From IMG/VR virus record IMGVR_UViG_3300017758_000003, positions 1-64,000 of that record: a DNA stretch of 64,000 nucleotides. One strand, 5' to 3'. Shown in pieces: positions 9,640 through 17,902 of this stretch (the first letter of the stretch is position 1; each line of letters opens with the position of its first letter). Under the pieces are notes generated by a model. That model ran no database searches. It was not told the DNA's origin and saw nothing but the letters and a program-made list of their open reading frames with translations. The stretch comes from a virus. Position numbers and translations under genes: made by a program.

Positions 9640-10026
9640 TTAAGATCCCCATGTAGAAACTAAAGGATGTTCTTTTACTTTCCAATCATTACCATTAATT
9701 GTTATGGTAAATTTGTATTGTTCACTATGACCACCGATATAACTATAATCAAACCAAACATTAATTTTATTATCCCCACAAGTTACCCCTAAGTTAGTTT
9801 GAACTTCATCATTGATGAAAGGTTTCATACTATCTATATCCCAAACGAAATCAGTAATCTCATCAATCATTTCTTCTTCTTCACTTGATACCTTTACACC
9901 ATTCCACCAAAAGAGTTCTAAATCTTCAATCTCTTCATTCATAACCATACAATTGAATTCAACTCTTTTCATATTAGTGGACATACTTTTATTCAATCCA
10001 CCTGACTTTGACTTATTATTTTTCAT
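9640..10026 (-). CDS. hypothetical early protein
   Basis: 128-aa acidic ORF. Confidence 0.6.
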   Translation of the reverse strand: MKNNKSKSGGLNKSMSTNMKRVEFNCMVMNEEIEDLELFWWNGVKVSSEEEEMIDEITDFVWDIDSMKPFINDEVQTNLGVTCGDNKINVWFDYSYIGGHSEQYKFTITINGNDWKVKEHPLVSTWGS

Positions 10027-10254
10027 ACATCTAATATAACACTATTTTCTTTATACCACAACTAGTTATCTGCCAACTATAATTCGTAACAGCGAAGAGT
10101 AAGAGCAACTGATCCAGCGCACTGAGCTCGCAGATATTAATTGGCACGTGCCAAATAGAATTCACAGTGCATGATGACTATAGTCATCATTTTAGAGCAT
10201 AAAAAAAGGGAATACTTTCGTACTCCCAAATTCATATCAGATATTAGTTTGAGT

Positions 10255-11034
10255 TTACACCCGAATGAATATCTTTTTGTCAGTTCTACGTTTGAAGTTA
10301 TAGATGTCTTCAATCATACGAGAATAACTTGCCTTATCTCCACATAACTTAAAGTAGTGTGGTACTATCTCGGCTTTCTTCATAAATTCACTCATTACAA
10401 ATGACCCCTCTTTATTTTTAAAGTTTGACTTGGAATCTTCAACAGTTGAATACTTGTTAAGAACACTTAACATAGTTCTTACAAAAACTGTTCTGTAATA
10501 AATCTTAGGAGCGAACGGTTCGAGGGATAAAATGAAGTCGGCATACATTCTTGCCTTATCCATAGACCCCGCTTTAAATCTTCCCTCACTAAAGACTTCT
10601 TTCTTCATACCACTAGCAAGACCTCCCTTTAAGAATATACAACTATCAGTCAAACTAAATATTGGATACTCTTTTCTGAACTCCATAAGTTTAACATAGT
10701 TTTTATTCCCTTTACTTACGTAATGTGAAAGGTAGTCATTCTTAGACCAATTTTTCATAGTCTTATTAATTGACATCATTTCATCTTCTCCGTACTTGTT
10801 CGCAGTTATAAAGTATAGACCTTTCCCTGCGATCTTAGCCGCCTCGAATCTATGTTGTCCGTCGATAATCTGTTTTTTACGATTAACAATAATAGGAACT
10901 TTTAATAATCCCTCGTCTTCCATAGATTTTGCAATCTCCTTAATTCGAGCTTTAGACTTAACTCGATTGTGGTCCATTGGTTTGAACATTTCTAGGTTTG
11001 TGGTGTAATACACCGTGTCATTTTGATATCTCAT
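10255..11034 (-). CDS. ParB/Srx N-terminal domain protein
   Basis: NR...IAKSM...VPIIVN...IIDGQHRFEA. Confidence 0.75.
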   Translation of the reverse strand: MRYQNDTVYYTTNLEMFKPMDHNRVKSKARIKEIAKSMEDEGLLKVPIIVNRKKQIIDGQHRFEAAKIAGKGLYFITANKYGEDEMMSINKTMKNWSKNDYLSHYVSKGNKNYVKLMEFRKEYPIFSLTDSCIFLKGGLASGMKKEVFSEGRFKAGSMDKARMYADFILSLEPFAPKIYYRTVFVRTMLSVLNKYSTVEDSKSNFKNKEGSFVMSEFMKKAEIVPHYFKLCGDKASYSRMIEDIYNFKRRTDKKIFIRV

Positions 11035-11078
11035 AAATCATTATCTTTTTTAGGTGAAACATTAACTAATATCATAGA

Positions 11079-11110
11079 CAAATATAACACTAATAATGTA
11101 ATACACCAAA
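11079..11110 (-). promoter_or_regulatory. Bacteroidota-type promoter
   Basis: TTTG-N20-TATATTTG. Confidence 0.85.
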
Positions 11111-11191
11111 TAAATTCGTATTACATTAGTTAAATGTGTGCCAATTAAATTTGACCAGTCCTGAACCCAGTTCCAGTCCAGCTTAGAAAGA

Positions 11192-11268
11192 GAAAACCCC
11201 CATCATTTCTGATGAGGGTATTTCATAGTAATCACTGTAAACATTTATTGTCATGAAGATTTACAGAC
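11192..11268 (-). ncRNA. putative early small RNA A
   Basis: Promoter TTAG-N20-TACATTTG (11271-11302), 5' hairpin CTGTAAA/TTTACAG, linker TGATTACTATG, intrinsic terminator 11192-11220; no convincing ORF. Confidence 0.55.
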
Positions 11269-11302
11269 TACAAATGTACTGTGTAATTTTTTCATATCCT
11301 AA

Positions 11303-11509
11303 TTATAGGGTAACATTAACTGACGCGGTAAAGTTGTGGCTTTGCATTATTTCGCGGGATACCACCGAATGAATGGTACTTGCGACTTTTTTATATTCAT
11401 CTATTGACCAAGACGTACTTGGTGTTTTTAAATGAATCTGACCATCTTTAACCGTAAACCGAACTCTTATACTTTTCTTACTCACTTTGCTTAATAACTG
11501 ACTGAACAT
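11303..11509 (-). CDS. hypothetical early protein
   Basis: 68-aa ORF. Confidence 0.5.
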   Translation of the reverse strand: MFSQLLSKVSKKSIRVRFTVKDGQIHLKTPSTSWSIDEYKKVASTIHSVVSREIMQSHNFTASVNVTL

Positions 11510-11678
11510 ATTCTAATTTATTTATGGTGTCTACATGTTGTGAACCACGAAAACGGTTTTGTTGGTGTATCACATTGACGTGTACACCTCCACTTGGTGT
11601 GAACCCTTCCTTGATTAACGTGTTTACTTTGGTTTGTAAACCTTCGGGTGATGATGAATATACTACTTTATATTCCAT
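11478..11678 (-). CDS. small DUF1737-like protein
   Basis: YKVV...LQTKVNTLIKEGFTPSGGV...YVQSVIK; own promoter CTTG-N20-TATATTTG at 11708-11739. Confidence 0.55.
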   Translation of the reverse strand: MEYKVVYSSSPEGLQTKVNTLIKEGFTPSGGVHVNVIHQQNRFRGSQHVDTINKLEYVQSVIKQSE

Positions 11679-12187
11679 TTTAAATGTTTTATTAATGATT
11701 ACTTCTTCAAATATATAAAAAATAATTGATTATATCAAGTCTTTCTGTAAAAAAATTTGTGATCTGGACCGTCCCAGGTCAATTTTATTTGGCAACAGTG
11801 CCAATTAGAATGTGAGATGGAGACTGAACCGTCGGGTGTGGACTAATAAAACCGAAAGAAAATGTGCCGATTACATTACTTGATACCAATTCACCTTCAG
11901 AAAAAAATCAAAAAAAGTTTGGAACATCAGAAAAAAGTTCGTGAATTGGATACCCATTCTAAAATCTAATTGGCAGACAATCGACTCTATACCTGGAGAA
12001 GAAGGATTCGTTTCGACGTGCACATCTATACATTTTAGTTGGCGGGATCATGCCAATTAGATTTAAGCCAGGCAGCTGTCATAAAAGTTGACCACCTATT
12101 TCTATAAAACAAGAAAACCCCCACAAAAAGTGGGGGTCTCACAGACTAACCAAAACAATGTGTCACTTAAGACACTCACACAACAAA

Positions 12188-12511
12188 CTAAATTTCTACC
12201 ATATTACTAAAGTCTCTATGGATATCAATTGGAACTTCATAGGTCTTACCATTCTTTGGATGTTTCCAAACTTCGGTTTCCCCACAATATTTTTCTTCTA
12301 AAAATTCTAAACCTAATGGGTTACTTTCTTCATACATCTTACGTATTACATTTTCAAAGTTTACCATCTTTTGTTTTATTTTCTTACCTGCAAAGTCTTT
12401 ATACTTAAATTCAACTTTGTATTTCTTCTCGAACTCTTGTACACAAGATGCATTATAGTTACTTGAATATACTTGAGTGAATACTTCCACCATTTCGTTA
12501 GTCCATTCCAT
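12188..12511 (-). CDS. hypothetical early protein
   Basis: 107-aa ORF. Confidence 0.6.
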   Translation of the reverse strand: MEWTNEMVEVFTQVYSSNYNASCVQEFEKKYKVEFKYKDFAGKKIKQKMVNFENVIRKMYEESNPLGLEFLEEKYCGETEVWKHPKNGKTYEVPIDIHRDFSNMVEI

Positions 12512-12513
12512 AA

Positions 12514-12747
12514 TTAATCAGTTACATATATTACATCCGATGTCTTTTCATCTTGGTAGTACATCGACCCACCATCATTTCCTTCATCATCTGATTGAGG
12601 AATTAAAATTGTTCCATCAGTAAATTCTATTACTACGGGTCTCTTATACCACATAAGGTTTTCCATATCCTTATCTCCCAACCACTTTACTGATTTAATC
12701 GTTTTACCTTTTAGGTACTTGTTGAATTGTTTTAAATGTTTGTCCAT
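12514..12747 (-). CDS. hypothetical early protein
   Basis: LKGKTIKSV...PQSDDEGNDGG; promoter CTTG-N19-TATCTTTG at 12775-12805. Confidence 0.65.
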   Translation of the reverse strand: MDKHLKQFNKYLKGKTIKSVKWLGDKDMENLMWYKRPVVIEFTDGTILIPQSDDEGNDGGSMYYQDEKTSDVIYVTD

Positions 12748-12805
12748 TACAATATTTTTAAATGATTACTTATTCAAAGATATAAAACTTTTTCTATTAT
12801 ACAAG

Positions 12806-13000
12806 TTAATATTCATCTTTTTTCCTGCCGTTTAAAATCGAGGATACCTTCTTGAGTTTCTCTTTGAATTCTTCTACCATACATTCTTCATCAACAACTA
12901 CCTTATCCTCATCATCATAGAAGTAGTACACTGGAATACTTATAAAATTCTTATCACTGGTTGACCTACTGGTCAAATAATTATCTTCGTTGTTTATCAT
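12806..13000 (-). CDS. hypothetical early protein
   Basis: 64-aa ORF. Confidence 0.55.
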   Translation of the reverse strand: MINNEDNYLTSRSTSDKNFISIPVYYFYDDEDKVVVDEECMVEEFKEKLKKVSSILNGRKKDEY

Positions 13001-13386
13001 AATTCTTTTATTGCTTGCCCATTAAAATATCCACATGTCACGGGGATCTTTCGTGGGTTGGATATGAAGTATGTAATACACCACCAAAACTTTTCTAATT
13101 GTGTATTACATTCAAAGGGCTTTACTCCCTCTGCAGTTGATAACGTAATATGTGGGAATTTATTAGACGAATCTCCACCTTTAACTAATAGACAATCTAC
13201 TTTCTCATCAGTATATCTTCCGATAACTTCAAGCTTAAGTTTCTTACCAATCTTTAAATCGTCTATGTCTTTGGGACGGAAGTCGATCGTTTGGTGATGG
13301 TAAAAGTGATTGGCATGTTTCGGTGGGAAGAGTTTTTTCAAACTCTCAACCTCATCTACAAAATATCCACTATAAATTACATTCAT
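12997..13386 (-). CDS. 2H phosphoesterase family protein
   Basis: Two HxT motifs (HHQTIDF, PHITLS) followed by AEGVKP. Confidence 0.65.
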   Translation of the reverse strand: MNVIYSGYFVDEVESLKKLFPPKHANHFYHHQTIDFRPKDIDDLKIGKKLKLEVIGRYTDEKVDCLLVKGGDSSNKFPHITLSTAEGVKPFECNTQLEKFWWCITYFISNPRKIPVTCGYFNGQAIKEL

Positions 13387-13397
13387 TGTATTACATT

Positions 13398-13628
13398 TTA
13401 TCTAAGGAGTGTAACAACACTTCCAAATTCAAATTCAAACTCACTAACTAAATGTTCGTAGTCTCCTGATGTCATACGTTTAATCATCTTATCGATGTTA
13501 CTTGGTGACATTCCGATTTCTCTACCTAAACGTTTTGCGGTGCCCATTAAAAAGTAGGCATTCCCGTCAGGTCCTGTTAAATCGATTTCAATTCCCCTTG
13601 TGGGCATTTCTGATTTTAACTTTATCAT
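13398..13628 (-). CDS. conserved small phage protein
   Basis: IDLTGPDGNAYFLMG...MTSGDYEHL. Confidence 0.65.
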   Translation of the reverse strand: MIKLKSEMPTRGIEIDLTGPDGNAYFLMGTAKRLGREIGMSPSNIDKMIKRMTSGDYEHLVSEFEFEFGSVVTLLR

Positions 13629-13942
13629 TATTTTTTATTTAAGTCGGTTAATTTAATCCATCCTTCCTTGATTCCTTTCCTGCATTGTTCAGTTCCCATT
13701 CCTAAGAATTCACCTCTATATTTAGAAGTAGTCCTTGAATAGTTCCAATAGTGCTCATCGAATACATACTTAGGTCTTCGTTCATTACCATTACCATATC
13801 TATCAAAAGACCTATAACAAATCTTCGTTCCATAAGATACGAACGTTTCCCCGTGGGGGTCCGACATAATACATTGATTGGCAGAAGGGTTACCACCTCG
13901 TGTGGTCATTGGTTTTACATTTACAAATTGAGATAATCTCAT
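13628..13942 (-). CDS. conserved small phage protein
   Basis: FVSYGTKIC...WNYSRTTSKY; promoter TTTG-N20-TATATTTG at 13972-14003. Confidence 0.65.
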   Translation of the reverse strand: MRLSQFVNVKPMTTRGGNPSANQCIMSDPHGETFVSYGTKICYRSFDRYGNGNERRPKYVFDEHYWNYSRTTSKYRGEFLGMGTEQCRKGIKEGWIKLTDLNKK

Positions 13943-14048
13943 AATTACTTTTTTTATTGATTACTAATATTCAAATATAACACTTTTTTCTTTATATACC
14001 AAATAAAAGTGTGCCGATCAAAATCCTTGATGGGCCCTGATTCCTATC

Positions 14049-14276
14049 CTATGATAACATCTCGACATTTAATTCTTTTACGAGTTCCCTAACTTGTTCT
14101 TGGGTTAATTGAATATGTGCATGTGGTAATCCGTATTTGTCTACGTCGGGTTGAATATTAATTTGCACCATAACACCATTCTCTCCACCACTAAAGCGAG
14201 TTAATTTAATTTCTGATTCGTTGTAACCAAAATCCGTTTCCTTACGACCTTTGATTGTTTTTAGTTCTGTTGACAT
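14049..14276 (-). CDS. hypothetical early protein
   Basis: 75-aa ORF with own promoter-like element. Confidence 0.6.
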   Translation of the reverse strand: MSTELKTIKGRKETDFGYNESEIKLTRFSGGENGVMVQINIQPDVDKYGLPHAHIQLTQEQVRELVKELNVEMLS

Positions 14277-14599
14277 AATTTATATTTTGTATAAAGATAT
14301 GAAACTTTTTCTATTATACCAAATTTAAGTTATCTATGTTTGCCAATTACATTACTTGATACCCATTCCCGCGGAGGGTTCTTTACCAGGTGCAGCTGCA
14401 GTTTTTTAACTGGTGAAGTTGCATGGTCCTAGCAATGATTTTAATTGGCAAAAGATTTACTCTGATAATCAACAAGTTACGTTCCCTAATAGTATGGCAT
14501 GTTGTGCTAGGTGATCACAGCGCTGGTCCAGTATGGATTATAATTGGCACAAGATCGTACAGAAGACTGGCGAACATGTCTTCAAGAAACTTATCGGCA

Positions 14600-14680
14600 T
14601 AAAAAAACCCCCACCATTTCTGATAGGGGTTAATTTTCGTTTCACATAAATAGACCGATTAAACCTTTGGTTTAACCTAT
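14600..14680 (-). ncRNA. putative early small RNA B
   Basis: Promoter TTTG-N20-TATATTTG (14684-14715), 5' hairpin GTTAAACC/GGTTTAAT, linker, terminator 14600-14631; no ORF. Confidence 0.6.
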
Positions 14681-14853
14681 GAACAAATATATAACACTAT
14701 TATATAATAAACAAACTCTTTATAGTGTTATTTTATGTGCCGATTAATATCTGACCTGAGACACGGGTGATGAAACGAACGAGAAGTTCGTATAATAAAA
14801 AAACCCACTCTGTGAGAAGTGAGTTTTATTTGGTCTACTTATGTTCGATATTA

Positions 14854-15093
14854 TCAACTTGCAATTAACGAATATCTATTCATACTTTCTAATTCGACAT
14901 CATATCCAAAACCAATTCGGTTTGTAATACGTTGTCCAAGTCCTCGAGTACATTGAATTTCTTCTAATGGTGTACCAAGATGTTTTTTAACGAATTTATT
15001 TAAATTGTTTACGTTGAAGTGATGTTTACATCTACTATTATCAACGATAGTAAGGGTGTACCCCCTACGAGTTTTTGTTAGGTAACCTTTCAT
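14854..15093 (-). CDS. hypothetical early protein
   Basis: 79-aa ORF between promoter and terminator. Confidence 0.65.
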   Translation of the reverse strand: MKGYLTKTRRGYTLTIVDNSRCKHHFNVNNLNKFVKKHLGTPLEEIQCTRGLGQRITNRIGFGYDVELESMNRYSLIAS

Positions 15094-15360
15094 GACATTT
15101 TATTTTAGTGATTAACATACCACCAATGTAATACATTCTTTTTATATAACCAAATTAATGTGATACTTTTTTATTAACAAAGTTATTAGAGTCTAATTTA
15201 TCTTCCCCTGCAGGTCCTAGATATTCTATTCGGCAGATCCTGCCAATTAGTTTGAAGTTATTTTTATTTAAGTTTATTTTATTTTTTATTTTTCGAGTAT
15301 AAAAAAACCCCTCTCTTTCGAGGGGGGTAATTAACAAGTAACAGAAAAGTTTGAAAACTA

Positions 15361-15837
15361 TTACTCTATTTCATACTTAACACCTTTGTAAGTTATACTT
15401 TTTATGTTGTCAAGTTTGATAGTCATAACATTGACATCACGACTTTGGTAAGTCGGTAAGTAGGTTTCAAAATCATCTTTAAAAATTTCGTTCCCATTAA
15501 ATTCGTAGTCATTAGAAGTATGGACATTTTCAAACCCCTCAATCATTAGGTATTTGTTATCGTTGTTTCTATGTTTAACTACACAATCTGAAATGTGTTC
15601 AAACCAATTTTCTTTTACCTCAAAAGTAGGGTTGGTTTTTTGTTTCCTTTTTTCATAATCGGGTAACAAACGAACATTCTTTTTTGATGTTTTAAAAACC
15701 TTATCAAAATAAGGGTTGTTTTTTTTGTTCATCTTTACTTTGGTTAAAGTAACCAAGTTAATGAAATCTCCTTTTTCAAAAGAAGTTGTCAATCTCTCAA
15801 GTTCATTTTGATTGATTGTTGATACTGATTTTTTCAT
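15361..15837 (-). CDS. hypothetical early protein
   Basis: 158-aa ORF; promoter 15870-15901; terminator ~15300-15328. Confidence 0.7.
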   Translation of the reverse strand: MKKSVSTINQNELERLTTSFEKGDFINLVTLTKVKMNKKNNPYFDKVFKTSKKNVRLLPDYEKRKQKTNPTFEVKENWFEHISDCVVKHRNNDNKYLMIEGFENVHTSNDYEFNGNEIFKDDFETYLPTYQSRDVNVMTIKLDNIKSITYKGVKYEIE

Positions 15838-16285
15838 AATTTGTTTTGTTTTATGTGATTAACTATACTCAAATATAACACTTTTTATCTGTTACAACAA
15901 AATATAATGAAGTTTTTTTTATATTTCTCTGCCGACTAATTTGTCAAGAGACCCACTGTCCGTCGTCTACTTGAAGTAGATGAGATGTACGGGTAACATT
16001 TCATTGGGCAGTGCCGATTACATTAGGGAAGGATGCATGGTGAAGGTTTCATTGGGCAGTGCCAATTAGATTAAGACAGGGACGGTGAACCTTCAGTCGT
16101 ATTAGGGAATAAAAAAACCCCCACAATTTCTGCGGGGGAATCAAAACAAATTAACTAAACTAACTACTAAACATTCCAAACAATACTAACGATTGTTCTT
16201 ATCACAAAGTAAGAGAACGACAAACCAATTATCCACCAACATAAGTTGTCAAATTTATCACTCTCTAACCAAGTGGTTATTTTTT

Positions 16286-16477
16286 CTAATTTCTCTTCCA
16301 TGATAATCTATACTTTTGAATTTGAAATTTAACGTATGAATACAAACAATATACTAAGGTTGAATAGAACATTACCAAACAAGTTGCCCAAAAACCAAAC
16401 AACAATAACATTCCAATTCCATTTTCATTCGTTTCTAAAACGAATATGTCTACTAACGATTTAATACTTTCTAACAT
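16286..16477 (-). CDS. small membrane protein, first gene of the early module
   Basis: Hydrophobic segment; promoter TTTG-N19-TATATTTG at 16514-16544. Confidence 0.55.
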   Translation of the reverse strand: MLESIKSLVDIFVLETNENGIGMLLLFGFWATCLVMFYSTLVYCLYSYVKFQIQKYRLSWKRN

Positions 16478-16786
16478 AACTTTTTTTTTAAGTGTTTATA
16501 AATGATTACATAACAAATATAATAATAATACTTGTATACCCAAAACAAATCAATATAAAGTTTGAACATAATCTGCCGAATACATTAGGGAAGGATGCAT
16601 GGTGTGCCTCGGTCACACAGCAACTTCTTCTTCTGATCGCACAGTGAGTCTGCTGTTGTATTCTATTTGGCACTTGCCAATTACATTAAGGGAGGATGCA
16701 TGGTGATTCGTGATCAAGAAGAATATGGTATGAGTTATATGGTGGAGTCGAAGTTACCATCTCAGGATCTGCTATTGTAATTGGCA

Positions 16787-17010
16787 CCCCTCCCCACTAT
16801 ATAGGGGTATAGGGGGACCCCCCTGCAGGTACCCCCTCCCGTATCCCCCCTTAATATAGGGTATTTTCGTACTCTGTACAGGGGGGTCAATGCCCTGAGT
16901 GAAATTTTTGGCAATTTTTTAGGGAAAATCGACTTTTTTTTTTCTCGGGGGGTAAAAAACCTCTATAGGGTAAAAGGGGTCATTTATGAAAATAAAAATT
17001 TTGCCAATTT
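16787..17010. other. G/C-run-rich boundary region, candidate genome terminus or packaging site
   Basis: GGGGGACCCCCC, G6/C6 runs and phased A/T tracts exactly where the TGCC boxes and early genes stop. Confidence 0.4.
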
Positions 17011-17020
17011 TTCGGGGAAT

Positions 17021-17356
17021 TTGACTATCAACAATAAATTATGTATGTTATCTAATGTAAAAAAGAATGATATGGTAAAATGGATGAGTAAAGAAGAGGA
17101 AGAATTAAATGAGATAATTTGTACATCAACAAGAGAAGGATTCTTATCGTTTTTAGAAGATACTACTCAAAGATATGTGGATTCTATAGATACATTAGAC
17201 GAACTTAGTGTTGTTGCCTTGTTATTGGCGGTAAGAATGGGTCAGTATGAGGAAGATGAAGATTATGAGATTTGTTCAATTGTAAAGGAGAAGATGGATA
17301 TGATAGATAAACACGGGATGAAACTATTAAAACAAAAGGAAGATGAAAAAAATTAA
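17021..17356 (+). CDS. hypothetical protein with UVR-like motif
   Basis: EEDEDYEICSIVKEKM. Confidence 0.5.
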   Translation: MTINNKLCMLSNVKKNDMVKWMSKEEEELNEIICTSTREGFLSFLEDTTQRYVDSIDTLDELSVVALLLAVRMGQYEEDEDYEICSIVKEKMDMIDKHGMKLLKQKEDEKN

Positions 17357-17473
17357 GTGGGACGTATTGTTTACGTGGATAGTTATATTCGGAATTACTT
17401 ATTTCATATGGAGTTCTTTATTCTCAATAATGTTCGGGCTTGTAAATTTCCCAACTATAAACATTCCTTTAAG

Positions 17474-17902
17474 TTAAGAGAATATCTCTTTTAGATCTGA
17501 AATAAATTCAAACTCCAATCCCATAAGGTTCAATAGGTAGTTTAATAGTATCAGTATTATTACTCCTATGATTAATTGTACTATTATGGTTTGTCTATTT
17601 AACCATTTTATCCATAGGGTGTTTTGTGTCCATACTACATATCGTTTCCACCATTTGGTTTTCTCCATCTTCTCAATTGACTTTTCCTGTAAGTAAGATG
17701 ATGGGTTTAATATATTACCTATGGTTTCCATTACATACTTGAAATGTTTTGTGAATACTATAGGGATGTAGATAAATGGGATCATCATTATTATTAGTCC
17801 TAAGAAGAATAACCCTATTGTATCTTGGTATTCTATTAGTATTAGGTTACCCACCGCAAAGGGTACCACTGTCCATAATGTATGTTTTATCCATTTTTTC
17901 AT
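17474..17902 (-). CDS. membrane protein
   Basis: Three hydrophobic segments. Confidence 0.6.
   Translation of the reverse strand: MKKWIKHTLWTVVPFAVGNLILIEYQDTIGLFFLGLIIMMIPFIYIPIVFTKHFKYVMETIGNILNPSSYLQEKSIEKMEKTKWWKRYVVWTQNTLWIKWLNRQTIIVQLIIGVIILILLNYLLNLMGLEFEFISDLKEIFS

Larger units (their letters stand above)
2387..16787. repeat. dispersed TGCCRAWTAVAWT box, about 40 copies, each usually followed by an R-M-site-rich tract
   Basis: Forward copies start near 2387, 2437, 2850, 3163, 3229, 3695, 4204, 4625, 5672, 6598, 8074, 8158, 8560, 9618, 10070, 10148, 11138, 11798, 11864, 12050, 12825, 14011, 14340, 14737, 15240, 15929, 16011, 16059, 16573, 16674; reverse copies near 8131, 10133, 11781, 11962, 12031, 14437, 14536, 15222, 16659, 16773. 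Confidence 0.9.

Noticed and set aside
10141-10154. Fixed dyad operator TTGGC-N-GCCAA (NF-I-like)
   Set aside because: Spacing between back-to-back boxes varies (4, 6, 7, 8 nt) and most boxes are single
12140-12187. Third early sRNA in the 3' UTR of 12188..12511
   Set aside because: A hairpin and a 9-nt match to one start region exist, but there is no dedicated promoter and the match could be chance
15999-16710. CRISPR array from the repeated TGCC...TACATTAGGGAAGGATGCATGGTG units
   Set aside because: Irregular spacing, mixed orientation, degenerate repeats and no cas genes in the window
2387-16787. TGCC boxes as integron attC-like cassette junctions
   Set aside because: Several copies lie within ORFs, many gaps hold multiple copies, there is no attC-type hairpin and no integrase is seen
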